Shown here: in pieces, positions 50,301 to 59,217 of the stretch
How positions within the stretch are numbered: the stretch's first letter is position 1
How the letters are laid out: each line of letters opens with the position of its first letter
Assembly: GCA_036338695.1 (NCBI GenBank)
Contig: JAYZBQ010000009.1
Coordinates: 32,001 to 96,000 of the forward strand
Length of the DNA stretch: 64,000 nt
From: Myxococcota bacterium
GTDB taxonomy: Bacteria; Myxococcota; UBA4151
Direction of reading: 5' to 3'
Made by a program: the position numbers and the translations under genes
Notes under the pieces: generated by a model
Databases searched by the model: none
Seen by the model: only the letters and a program-made list of their open reading frames with translations
What the model was told of the DNA's origin: nothing

Positions 50301-51539
50301 GGTGACCGCACCCGGTGCCGCGACGTCGAGATGCCGGGCCTCGAAGAGGGCACTTATGAGCTCGAAGCCTGCATCGATCCGGACCAAGAACTCGGCGAAT
50401 CCGAAGAGGCGCAAGCGAACAATTGCGCAACCATCGAGCTCGTTGTCGGCGAGCCAACGCCGCCGCAGAACGATCTTCGCCTCCAGAACCCATCGCTCAA
50501 CCCCGCCGCGCCCATCGCCGGCGAGATGATCACGCTGCGGATGGAGGTATTTTACCAAGGAGACGACTCGACGCCGCCCACGACAGTGGACATTAAAGTC
50601 AACGATGAGAGCGTCTTTACCTGTCAGATCCCGGCGCTCGACGGCCGCATGACGCGCACGGCGCGCTGCCGCACCTTGCCCGGGGTCCTGCAGATGGGTG
50701 ACGAGCCCCAGGTGATGCAGGCTTGCGTCGATCCGACCAACCAGATCGAAGAGACGGACGAGACCAACAACTGCATCCGGCTGCTGATGGCGCCCGGTGG
50801 GCTGATCGGCGACGACCCAGACCCCTACGAGGAAGACAACACCTGGCAGACGGCAGGGTCGCTGCGAGACACCTCGGACGCAAACCGAGCACAAGAGCAC
50901 AACCTGCACACCAGCGATGACGTCGACGTGATGAAGTTTACGCTGCAGCAGGACGATGCGATCAACGTTCGGCTCCAAGACGTCCTCGGCTCGGTCACGG
51001 TTCACCTGATCGACGGACCGGCCGCTGTCGGGGACGCAGGTGCCCGCATGGAGCTTGAGCTCGATTTCGACGACGAAGGGCTCGCGAGCACCGGTGAACT
51101 CTCGGCGGGGACCTATGGCTTGATAGTGCGCAGCGCCGATGGCTTCGCCGTCGGGCGCTACCGGATCAACGCATGGAGCGAACTCGGTCCACCCATCCCG
51201 GATGCCGGCCCTTTACCGCCGGACGCGGGACCTCCCGGCGAATGTGTTAGCAACGACGACTGCACCGGCGGTCAACGCTGTGTGACGGACGATCCCGAGC
51301 CATACTGCACCGACCCTTGCGAGACGGTTGTCGATTGTCCAGTTGGATTCCAGCTGACCTGTCGAGAGATCAGCGCAGGCACCAAGGCTTGCATCCGCGG
51401 CGAGGCGCCGCCGACCGTGGGTCCTGAGCCACCGGCGCAAAGCTGCGCCTGCAGCGGCGACATCGGGAGCGCTGGAACGCTCGGTTTCCTTGGGTTGCTG
51501 GCGCTGGCTTACAAGCGCCGGAGGCGACACGCCAGCTAA
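47361..51539 (+). CDS. Cell-surface protein with 4 PPC-like and 7 CARDB domains and a MYXO-CTERM-like sorting signal
   Basis: Signal peptide; EPNN/EPDN/EEDN-initiated domains; CARDB ends C.D....I.E..E.NNC; C-terminus SCACS...LGFLGLLALAYKRRRR. Confidence 0.85.
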   Translation: MMRWITVFCCLISATVWAQEQEPNNDRASANAIAHGDVIRGSITRGDEDYFTITLGGTATIDVWTAAAQGGQNMDTYIEMYQEGQEARVAFNDDRGGRAQGLYSGLNRPDTPAGTYYFKVRGFSAFSTGDYQIHLELSGGPDLSVSNFALNPQPAPNQPWAASVQVNNGVDAAIATVARLYNGDAVIGEQPVAALAANANAQVAFANLAALPIGYHDLRVCADATGLIQELDEENNCATLRATVGLDVVVQNLSLTPNNPDVGQGWAAQATIRNALAGALPAAQAQLLLNDVPAGTCEVPEIANGGEHVCQFNELAGLPSGITVVKICGDTGAAIEEASEENNCAERRIAIGSDLITENLNINPVNPGLNETFSASVRIRNRFAPETPATVARLFVGDQSWGECEVPALAAEAHHDCSLENLNPPPAGRLTVRFCADAEEQWGERNEDNNCAESNFFNGPDLQIQQVVLNPNPPVEGRDAQALIVVRNAVADPTDNATTVRITENGQPVGQPCAIAPVGGNGIGACQINELRFEGGDHTLRICADADNEQVEINEENNCTELQFSVEDVDDYEPDNTRLEATLIRDNAPQDHTLHNAEDIDYLFFVVNRPSEAQITTGPSQEGDAFNTRVALLDAEGRELTSNNNGGEGNWSRLIRELQPATYYIRVNRGGNDAVDRYRINLRLIDLAARPPDLSLGVVSVAPNNLFAEQPFTVSTTVSNAGNAGVSQATIARLTINGDNAGECQLAEIATGGSAPCSINVAQGVAAGDVVLRVCVDPANAMEERDETNNCGQLSLHLFAIDEFEPDNARDDASDLPLDEAQSHTLHVADDTDWVRVTMSEPGTLTVSGVLIEGSGGDIDGRLTAPGGETLARATGQGPVELSYGPADRGVFFVEITGRGGAAVDGYTLTATHQGMNGDVVRDIRLRNVTVDPEAPAPNTAFAVDIDSVNDGNLISSPTPVALSVGGEEITRCVLPPADPGDRTRCRDVEMPGLEEGTYELEACIDPDQELGESEEAQANNCATIELVVGEPTPPQNDLRLQNPSLNPAAPIAGEMITLRMEVFYQGDDSTPPTTVDIKVNDESVFTCQIPALDGRMTRTARCRTLPGVLQMGDEPQVMQACVDPTNQIEETDETNNCIRLLMAPGGLIGDDPDPYEEDNTWQTAGSLRDTSDANRAQEHNLHTSDDVDVMKFTLQQDDAINVRLQDVLGSVTVHLIDGPAAVGDAGARMELELDFDDEGLASTGELSAGTYGLIVRSADGFAVGRYRINAWSELGPPIPDAGPLPPDAGPPGECVSNDDCTGGQRCVTDDPEPYCTDPCETVVDCPVGFQLTCREISAGTKACIRGEAPPTVGPEPPAQSCACSGDIGSAGTLGFLGLLALAYKRRRRHAS

Positions 51540-52351
51540 CGCTGACAGCTTCCGCAAAAGACGGTGCTGCGCCCGCCGAGCCGGATTAGCCGAAGCGGGC
51601 GTTCGCACTTGCGGCAGGGCTCACCTTGCCGGCCGTAAACAGCGAGCTGCTGGGCGAAGTAGCCGGGCGCGCCGTCCGACGACAAAAACGTCCGGACCGT
51701 GCTGCCGCCCGAATCGAGCGCTCGCTCAAGCACAGCGATGATCTCTCGCCGCAGCCGCCTCAGACGCGCTGGAGCCACCCGGTCTGCCGATCGACGCGGG
51801 TCAATCCCAGCCGCAAAAAGTGCCTCTGCGGCGTAGATGTTCCCAACACCGACGACGGTTTTCGCGTCCATAATCACCGGCTTGATCGCACGACTCGAGC
51901 GCTTACACGCGGCGATGAACGCTTCATCTGTCCAGCGCTCAGTGAGCGGCTCCGGGCCGAGGCCGACGAGGCGCGGGTGCGTTGCGAGCGCCGCCTCCGA
52001 GCAACGAAGCAGCATCCCAAAGCGGCGCGGGTCGCGATACCTCAACCAGCCGTCCGAGAGTTCGAGCCGCCAATGCTCATGACGCGCCCACGGTGGCTCG
52101 CCCTGGCTCACGAACAGCTGACCTGTCATGCCGAGATGAACGAGCACCGCCTGACCGCTTGCGGTGATGATCAGGTACTTTGAGCGGCGCGCCACCTGCT
52201 CGATGGTCCGGCCACCCAATTCCGCCATATCGCCTACGCTCGCCTGCGCCCGCAAGGTGAGACCGCTCGAACGATAGCTGCCGATCTGCCGGCCGACCAG
52301 AAGCGGCTCGAGCGCTCGGCGGCAGGTCTCAACCTCAGGGAGTTCCGGCAC
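51536..52351 (-). CDS. mutM: Formamidopyrimidine-DNA glycosylase
   Basis: GTG 52351 gives MPELPEVET; HLGMTG, DPRRFG, GVGNIYAAE; C-terminal zinc finger CRKC...RSTVFCGSCQ. Confidence 0.97.
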   Translation of the reverse strand: MPELPEVETCRRALEPLLVGRQIGSYRSSGLTLRAQASVGDMAELGGRTIEQVARRSKYLIITASGQAVLVHLGMTGQLFVSQGEPPWARHEHWRLELSDGWLRYRDPRRFGMLLRCSEAALATHPRLVGLGPEPLTERWTDEAFIAACKRSSRAIKPVIMDAKTVVGVGNIYAAEALFAAGIDPRRSADRVAPARLRRLRREIIAVLERALDSGGSTVRTFLSSDGAPGYFAQQLAVYGRQGEPCRKCERPLRLIRLGGRSTVFCGSCQR

Positions 52352-52422
52352 GGCTTCATCCTCGCGTTGATCGCCCCACTCCGAGGTGTCACAGCGTCTT
52401 CGTGCGATCAAGCTGGCCATAC

Positions 52423-52443
52423 TGACTGAGTGATCATTCAGTC
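52423..52443. promoter_or_regulatory. Second FadR-box-like palindrome in the mutM/GSIII divergent region
   Basis: TGACTGAGTGATCATTCA (52423-40) matches 13 of 14 arm positions of the 39831 site; GACTGAGTGATCATTCAGTC (52424-43) is also a near-perfect palindrome. Confidence 0.5.
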
Positions 52444-52564
52444 TAAACCGACCAAACCTAAAGCGCGACTTGAAGCATAGGTCATCTGTCGCATTAACGG
52501 GGCTTGCGTCGTCGAAGGCTCCGACGCATGGAGGCGGTGTCATTTTGCGAATGAGAGCGCCACC

Positions 52565-54754
52565 ATGACCCGTAGCCACCGTCAAACCTCGATCCGCCTG
52601 ATCTCCGATCGCCCGATGAACTCGGCGCCTGTGAGCAACGGCTGGGACTTAACCAAGGAATTCGGGAGCGACGTCTTCACCGATGATGTGATGAAGCGTC
52701 TGCTCCCCGCCGAAGCCTACGCCGATCTACGCCAAACGATCGATCAGGGTGTTGCCCTGAACGAGACCACCGCCGAGGCGGTGGCCAACGCCATGCGCTC
52801 GTGGGCGCAAGAGCGTGGGGCGACCCACTACACACACTGGTTTCAGCCGATGACCGGCTTGACCGCCGAGAAGCACGACTCCTTCTTGGACTTGAGCAAC
52901 GGCAAGGCGATCATCAAGTTTGATGGCAGCCAGCTGGTTCAAGGTGAGCCGGACGCCTCGAGCTTCCCATCCGGCGGCATCCGGCAGACCTTCGAGGCTC
53001 GTGGTTACACCGCTTGGGACCCCTCGAGCCCGGCCTTCATCCGGCGCGACCCGACCGGTTGCACGCTGTGCATCCCGACGGCCTTCTGCTCCTATACCGG
53101 CGAGGCGCTCGACGAGAAGACCCCGTTGATGCGCGCCGGCGAGACGCTGCAGCGGCAAGCGGTCAAGGTCGCGCATTTGCTCGGTCACGAATCCGTCAAG
53201 CGGGTGTTCACGACCGTCGGCTGTGAGCAAGAGTACTTCCTCATCGACAAACAGTTCTTCGTCCAACGCCCGGACCTCGTCAACGCTGGCAGGACCCTGT
53301 TCGGTGCGCCTCCGCTCAAGGGGCAAGAGCTGGACGATCACTACTTCGGGGCGATTCGCAAGCGCGTCATGGCGTTCATGGAAGACGTCGATCGAGAGCT
53401 CTGGCGTCTCGGCGTCCCGGCCAAGACCCGCCACAACGAAGTGGCGCCAACCCAGTTCGAGCTCGCCCCCATCTTCGAGGCGAGCAACGTCTCGGTCGAC
53501 CACAACATGCTGACGATGGAGGTGCTGCGCAACGTCGCAGACCGCCACAACTTTACCTGCCTGCTTCACGAGAAGCCCTACGCCGGCGTCAACGGCAGCG
53601 GTAAGCACGTGAACTGGTCGCTGAGCTGCGACGAGCGGGGGAACCTGCTCAACCCTGGCTCGACGCCTCAAGACAACATCAGCTTCTTGTTCCACCTTGC
53701 GGCGATCATCTCGGGCGTGAACCAGTACGCTCCGCTGCTGCGCGCCTCCATTGCGCACTCGGGTAACGACCATCGACTCGGCGCCAACGAGGCGCCTCCG
53801 GCGATCATCTCAGCCTATCTCGGCGATCAGCTTACGGCGATCGTCGACGCGATCGTCAGCGGTGAGCAGTTGGCTGAAGGAGACGGTGGCATCATGCGGC
53901 TCGGCGTCGAGGCGCTGCCGCCGCTGACCAAGGACCCGACCGATCGCAACCGCACCTCGCCCTTCGCCTTTACCGGCAACAAATTTGAGTTTCGAGCAGC
54001 CGGCTCGAGCCAGAGCGTTGCGGTGGTCAACACGGTCTTGTGTACGGTCGCAGCCGAGAGCTTATCGCAAATGGGCGCGCTGCTCGAGAGCAAGCTCAGC
54101 AGCGGCGTCGCGCGGGCAGACGCCGTCTTTGAGACCATCAAAGAGACGCTGACGGCGCATCATCGCGTGATCTTCAAGGGTGACGGCTACTCGGACGACT
54201 GGGTCACGGACGCCGAAGCGCGCGGCCTGCCGAACCTACGCTCAACTCCCGACGCGCTCCCCGCCTGGGTCAGCGACTCGGCGATTGCGCTGTTCTCGTC
54301 CCACGCAGTGCTCAGCGAGCGTGAGCTGCGGGCGCGCCACGAGGTCGCCTGCGAGAAGTACAACACGCACATCACCATCGAAGGGCGCTGCAGCTCCCAC
54401 ATGGTCCGCACGATGATCCTGCCGGCGCTGCTGGCTTTCCAGCGACGCGTGGGAGACGCCATCGTCTCCTCAAAGGCGGCTGGACTCGACGACCGAGCGC
54501 TGACAGCGCAGACGACGCTCCTTCAAGAGCTCTCAAGCTACTACAACGAGATCGACAAGCGCTGCCAAGCGGTCGAGGCAGGGCTCGCCAAGGCTGAAGC
54601 CATCGAGCATGCGCCCGAGGCGCTTCAGACGTTCAAGGCTGAGGTGCTGGATCGGCACGCTGTGCTGCGTGAGGTCGTCGACACGGTCGAGGGCATCGTC
54701 GAAGATCGCCTCTGGCCTCTGCCGAAGTACCACGAGATGCTGACGGTCTACTAG
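52565..54754 (+). CDS. glnN: Glutamine synthetase type III
   Basis: THYTHWFQPMTG.TAEKHD, EPDASSFPSGG.R.TFEARGYTAWD, HEKPYAGVNGSGKH, DRNRTSPFAFTGNKFEFR, WPLPKY. Confidence 0.96.
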   Translation: MTRSHRQTSIRLISDRPMNSAPVSNGWDLTKEFGSDVFTDDVMKRLLPAEAYADLRQTIDQGVALNETTAEAVANAMRSWAQERGATHYTHWFQPMTGLTAEKHDSFLDLSNGKAIIKFDGSQLVQGEPDASSFPSGGIRQTFEARGYTAWDPSSPAFIRRDPTGCTLCIPTAFCSYTGEALDEKTPLMRAGETLQRQAVKVAHLLGHESVKRVFTTVGCEQEYFLIDKQFFVQRPDLVNAGRTLFGAPPLKGQELDDHYFGAIRKRVMAFMEDVDRELWRLGVPAKTRHNEVAPTQFELAPIFEASNVSVDHNMLTMEVLRNVADRHNFTCLLHEKPYAGVNGSGKHVNWSLSCDERGNLLNPGSTPQDNISFLFHLAAIISGVNQYAPLLRASIAHSGNDHRLGANEAPPAIISAYLGDQLTAIVDAIVSGEQLAEGDGGIMRLGVEALPPLTKDPTDRNRTSPFAFTGNKFEFRAAGSSQSVAVVNTVLCTVAAESLSQMGALLESKLSSGVARADAVFETIKETLTAHHRVIFKGDGYSDDWVTDAEARGLPNLRSTPDALPAWVSDSAIALFSSHAVLSERELRARHEVACEKYNTHITIEGRCSSHMVRTMILPALLAFQRRVGDAIVSSKAAGLDDRALTAQTTLLQELSSYYNEIDKRCQAVEAGLAKAEAIEHAPEALQTFKAEVLDRHAVLREVVDTVEGIVEDRLWPLPKYHEMLTVY

Positions 54755-54755
54755 C

Positions 54756-56963
54756 TCAGACGAGCTCCCAGCGCCGACGCAATAACACGGCGAGCAGCGC
54801 AGGGAGGATGACGAGCGTCATCCACCACGGGGTGTTCCACAGCGGCTCTTGCCGCATGGCCTCCACGCGCTCGCCTTGGCGCGAGGCGTCGAGCGGCACG
54901 TCGCCTAAGCGCTTGGTGTTCCAATCAAATAGCGCACCTCGAGACGCCTTTGCGAGGGTCTCTAAGGTCTGCCGATCCGGGCCCACCAGACGTCGCTCCA
55001 AGCTGGGCTGCCCGGCGATCACGACCGCCTCCGCTCGAGCGCGCTCGCGCCCCTTGACGCGAGCGATCGCCTGGAGCGTCCAGTCCCCGGGGGCGAGATC
55101 CGGCACCGTCAGCTGGACCTGCCCCTGAGGGTCCGTGCGAGCCTGCAAACGGCGAACATCGTGCCCCGGCTGCGTGAGCGACAGCTCAACCTCAGCGCCC
55201 GCTTGCGGGAGCCAGTCGTCCCCTTTGAGGGTGAGTCGAACCGGCAACGCTTCGCCGCGCGCCAGCGTGGACGGCAGGTCGTCCCAGGTCAGCCGACTAA
55301 AAGCTGGGTCGCTGCTCAACCAACGCAGCATGTTGTGCCAGATGCGGTAAAATGGGCGGCTGGATTGCGGCCGAGCGGCTGCGGGGAGCTGCCATCGCCA
55401 GAGGCTGTCGACGGCGAGCGCGAGCGCCCGGCCTCGGCCAGCGGGCGCCGCCACCAGGATCGGCTCTTGGCGCTCGGCTCGATGTTCGGGGTGGGCGAGA
55501 ACGACCGCTGCGCCTGGCTTAGCATCACCCAGCCGGTTCCGACCCATGAGCAGCGGCAACGACGCCAGCTCGTCTTGGACGTCACCTTTTTGACCTAAGC
55601 TTAAGATCGGATGATTTGGCGCCACGGCGATGGGAACAAAGGGGCGGTGATCGGCTTGTTGAGGGGTGATCTCTACGGGCAGCAAGCGGGCGATCTCGGT
55701 GTTTTGATACTGTCCCTCAAAAAAGCTCCGCTCACCACCGATCATCGCAAAGCCACCACCGTCCTCTTCAACAAACTGACGAATGCGCCCTAGATAGCGT
55801 CCGACGCTGTAGGGCGCGTAGTTAAAGTCGACGAAAAGGACGACGTCGAAGGTGTGCAGCTGCTCTTCAAACAGCTCTCGCTCGGGAAACGGGATCAAAC
55901 TCATCTCGTCTTCAGGGACGCGGCTGCTGTCTTCTGGGGTACGCAGGATGAAAAAACTCACCAGGTCAACGCCCGGATCTTCCTTGAGCAGGCGCCTGAT
56001 GTAGCGAACATCCCACGTTGGAGCGCCGGCCACGAGTAAGACTCTCAAACGGTCTCGAACGACGTCCATCGGGACCAAAAGGACATTGTTCGAGAGGTCC
56101 TCTTCATTGCTTAGAGGCGGTGTCGAGATCCGGATCACCTGCCGCCCGACGCGCATCGGCTTGAACGAAAGGTCGATCTCGACCTGAGCAGGGTCGCCCT
56201 GAAGCGTCACCTTGCGCAGCTGATCAGGAGTACCCGGGATTTGCACCTTGATCATCGCCTCGAAGCCATCGAGCCCACGCCCTGAGACCGCCAGCCGGAG
56301 GGTGCGGGTGTTGCGGACAAAGGCGAGCGGAGCTTCTCCGGCTAGGCTCAGCGCAATATCCCGGCCGCTGCCTTTACCGGGCGCTAGGAAAAAGACCGGA
56401 ACGTCGAGCGCTGCGATGCGCTGCTCAAGGTCGAGGGGGCGTTCTTGCGTGACGCCGTCGGTGAGCACGATCACGCCAGCGATGGGTGAGCCGTCGACCG
56501 ATGCGACCGCCTCTTCAATGCTCGCAACCAGGTAGCTGCGCATACCGTCTGGTGGCTGATCCAAAGCGGCCAGCTCCAGCGGCTCGACCCCCTCGGAAAA
56601 TGCGTACTTAAGCAACGAGAATTCTCGCTGTAACTGATCCAATTGATCCTGAGATAACAGCCGCTGAACAGCCTCTCGACGCGCCTCAATATCCATCGAG
56701 GCGCTGCGGTCGAGCAGCACCAACACCGTCCCGGGCACCGGCACCACGCGCTCATAGCGCATGCCGGGCCCGAGCAAGGTGATCAGGACCCCGACGCCCG
56801 ACAGCAGCCTGAGCGCTTGAAGCACCCCTCTTCGCCGCCGCGCGAGCGTACCGCTTGCGCGCCACAGCAGCGCCAGCATGACACAGGTCAGAGCGAGCGC
56901 GAACCACCACGCCGAGGACGACACCATCGGTTCCCATGCGAGGCTCTGGCGCCAGTCGTTCAT
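54756..56963 (-). CDS. Membrane-anchored vWA + glutamine-amidotransferase-like (DUF1355-type) protein
   Basis: Two N-terminal TM segments; LLDRSASM...VLTDG (MIDAS-like); GGGFAMIGGERSF; GRGRALAL; C-terminal TM + LRRRWEL. Confidence 0.75.
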   Translation of the reverse strand: MNDWRQSLAWEPMVSSSAWWFALALTCVMLALLWRASGTLARRRRGVLQALRLLSGVGVLITLLGPGMRYERVVPVPGTVLVLLDRSASMDIEARREAVQRLLSQDQLDQLQREFSLLKYAFSEGVEPLELAALDQPPDGMRSYLVASIEEAVASVDGSPIAGVIVLTDGVTQERPLDLEQRIAALDVPVFFLAPGKGSGRDIALSLAGEAPLAFVRNTRTLRLAVSGRGLDGFEAMIKVQIPGTPDQLRKVTLQGDPAQVEIDLSFKPMRVGRQVIRISTPPLSNEEDLSNNVLLVPMDVVRDRLRVLLVAGAPTWDVRYIRRLLKEDPGVDLVSFFILRTPEDSSRVPEDEMSLIPFPERELFEEQLHTFDVVLFVDFNYAPYSVGRYLGRIRQFVEEDGGGFAMIGGERSFFEGQYQNTEIARLLPVEITPQQADHRPFVPIAVAPNHPILSLGQKGDVQDELASLPLLMGRNRLGDAKPGAAVVLAHPEHRAERQEPILVAAPAGRGRALALAVDSLWRWQLPAAARPQSSRPFYRIWHNMLRWLSSDPAFSRLTWDDLPSTLARGEALPVRLTLKGDDWLPQAGAEVELSLTQPGHDVRRLQARTDPQGQVQLTVPDLAPGDWTLQAIARVKGRERARAEAVVIAGQPSLERRLVGPDRQTLETLAKASRGALFDWNTKRLGDVPLDASRQGERVEAMRQEPLWNTPWWMTLVILPALLAVLLRRRWELV

Positions 56964-56964
56964 C

Positions 56965-57699
56965 TTATTGACGCCGCTTCAGCAGGAACGGGATGTGCAC
57001 CTGATCGGCTTTGTAGTCGGTGCACAGTGCATACATCAGCAGGTTAATCCCAAAACGGACCGCTCGCTCACGCTGGGCTTCGCCGCCTGGCTCACAGGTG
57101 AACGCCCAAGCACCGAACTCATCGCGTAGCAGCGCGCCCGAAAGGTCAACATCTGCTGCCAGCGCCACCATCCGGCCGTCGAGCTGCGCGCAGCGTGGTT
57201 GCCCCTCGGCTAGGCCGCGCCCGATCGGTTGATCGAGTAGATAGAACGATCGATAGACGACGTGCTCCTTCGTCAAGGTGGCGCCGGCGTCCGCCGGGAG
57301 CTGGCGCAGCACGCGTTCAAGACAGCGCTCGCCGAACCCGTCGCCCGGCCGAAGCGAGTCAAAGTAGATCATCCCGCCGCTGCGGATGTAATGCGCCAAG
57401 CGGCGCCAGCGCGCTTGCGGCCACTCGGGCGCAGCGCCTTGGCCGACGCAGATCACCAGCGGGTAATCAAACAGCTCGGGCGCCTCGACATCGACGATCA
57501 CGGGAGCGCTTGCGACCGAGATCGAGGTGCGTGACTCCACCTCAAGGCCCAAGCGAGTCCAGCCTTTGAGCCGCGCGCTCGCCTCGCCGGCATCGATCAG
57601 CGCAAACGCCACCTGGCTGGCGCGCCCGAACGCAGCGGCCACAGACGGCCAGCCGACCCCCGCTAAGGACAGGAGTTTTACGAAGCGCTTACGATCCAT
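56965..57699 (-). CDS. DUF4159-domain protein with Tat-like signal
   Basis: MDRKRFVKLL N-terminus; LFDYPL, YIRSGG, HVVYRSFY, FGINLLMYALCTDYKADQVH. Confidence 0.8.
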   Translation of the reverse strand: MDRKRFVKLLSLAGVGWPSVAAAFGRASQVAFALIDAGEASARLKGWTRLGLEVESRTSISVASAPVIVDVEAPELFDYPLVICVGQGAAPEWPQARWRRLAHYIRSGGMIYFDSLRPGDGFGERCLERVLRQLPADAGATLTKEHVVYRSFYLLDQPIGRGLAEGQPRCAQLDGRMVALAADVDLSGALLRDEFGAWAFTCEPGGEAQRERAVRFGINLLMYALCTDYKADQVHIPFLLKRRQ

Positions 57700-57768
57700 C
57701 AACGTCTTCCTGAGCGCAAAGCCTTCTTTGCCCAAACCCGACCTTCATGGCAGGTTGGGAGGGGAACC

Positions 57769-59217
57769 ATGAGCGAGACGAGACGCATGCGCAAGCACAC
57801 CCTCCCTTGGGCGGTTATCTTATTGGTCAACGTTCTGGCTACCGGTTGCTTCGATATTGAAGAACAGATCACCGTGTCGTTGATTTCCGTCGATGAAGGG
57901 CGGGCAGAGCTGCAGGCGAGCATGATCTTTCGTGACGCCCCGGTCGACGACGGTGAGATGGTCACCTTTCGCACCGACAAAGGAAGTTTTGACGAGCAAC
58001 GAGAGCAGACGGTGATCGAGGTCGCCGCCAGCGCAGGCGTCGCGACCGTCACGCTCTACCGAGCCTGTGACCTCAGCGATGCGACCGTCTCGGCGAGTTT
58101 TCGAACCCTCAACCGCACCACGCCTTCCGCCACGCTCTCGGTCGACTTCGTCGAGCCCAAGAGGGTGACCAACCGTGACCTGGGGTTCACCTGCGCAGCG
58201 ACCAATATTGCCGCGCTCGACGAGGGCTTGGTGGGCGAGACCTTCTCGATCGACTGTACGCTCAACGCGCCCAACCGCGCGGCGCTGGATCCAGGCTTTG
58301 CTGCAGAGGCGGGTCGGTTTGTACTCGGCGATGCACCCGGCAACCAACGCTGCGCCGTGCGACCGATCACCTACCAGGTCGTCGTCGGAGAAGATCAGCC
58401 GCGCAACGTCGCCCCCTTGCCGCATCGCTGCATCGATGAGCTGAGCTACCCATCGGCGGGGGACGGACGCGAGGGTCCGGATACCTACCGCAACCCGCGC
58501 GACGGCCTGGTGACCTTGATCGCCTTTGCGCGCGGCGCCGAGGGCTTTGACGACAGCAACCAAAACGGTGTCTGGGACCTGGGCGAACCCTTTGATGATC
58601 TCCCCGAGCCCTTCGTGGATGCCGACGATAACAACCAGTGGACGCCGGGGGAGTGGTATCAGGACGTCAACGGGAACGGGAGCTGGGACGCGGGCAACGG
58701 TCGCTACGACGCCGAGACGGTGATCTGGAAAGAGAGCTACATGATCTGGTCCGGGCAGCCCTGGACTGCGGACCAAGACAAAGCGAGCAGGCTCTCGACC
58801 TCCCCCGGATTTGAGTCGATGATGCCGGCCGCAGGTGAGGGGCGCACGGTGTTGATTCGCGTCGTGGATCGCAACCTGAACCCGATCGCTGCCCACGGAA
58901 CCAACGATCAACTGCGCGTCGAGGCGAGCCGAGACCTTGAGCTCGTCTATGGCGCCGAGAGCCGCATCAACCAGTCGATGGGGTTAATCGTGGGCGCAGA
59001 CGGCAGCATCAACCACATGCTCGAGGGCAACGCCTGCGACCAACCGGCGGGTCGCTCGTTCACCGCGCGTGTGCGCGACACACGCACGGATGAGGACTGC
59101 GAGGCGGCGCTGGTGAGCGTGACCGCCGAGGTCCGCTACACGCCGGCGCCCGGGGTGCGGCAGCAGACGGTGCAGCTGCTTCCGCTGGAAGGAAGGCTGC
59201 GTGCGTGTAACCCATGA
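57769..59217 (+). CDS. Lipoprotein with invasin/Big-1-like Ig domain and Dx[DN]xNG Ca-binding-like repeats
   Basis: Lipobox LATGC; VDDGEMVTFRTDKGSF...GVATVTL; DSNQNGVWD, DADDNNQW, DVNGNGSWD. Confidence 0.7.
   Translation: MSETRRMRKHTLPWAVILLVNVLATGCFDIEEQITVSLISVDEGRAELQASMIFRDAPVDDGEMVTFRTDKGSFDEQREQTVIEVAASAGVATVTLYRACDLSDATVSASFRTLNRTTPSATLSVDFVEPKRVTNRDLGFTCAATNIAALDEGLVGETFSIDCTLNAPNRAALDPGFAAEAGRFVLGDAPGNQRCAVRPITYQVVVGEDQPRNVAPLPHRCIDELSYPSAGDGREGPDTYRNPRDGLVTLIAFARGAEGFDDSNQNGVWDLGEPFDDLPEPFVDADDNNQWTPGEWYQDVNGNGSWDAGNGRYDAETVIWKESYMIWSGQPWTADQDKASRLSTSPGFESMMPAAGEGRTVLIRVVDRNLNPIAAHGTNDQLRVEASRDLELVYGAESRINQSMGLIVGADGSINHMLEGNACDQPAGRSFTARVRDTRTDEDCEAALVSVTAEVRYTPAPGVRQQTVQLLPLEGRLRACNP

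Noticed and set aside
52352..52564. Known glutamine (glnA) riboswitch upstream of GSIII
   Set aside because: I could not find its conserved core by eye; only generic hairpins are present.
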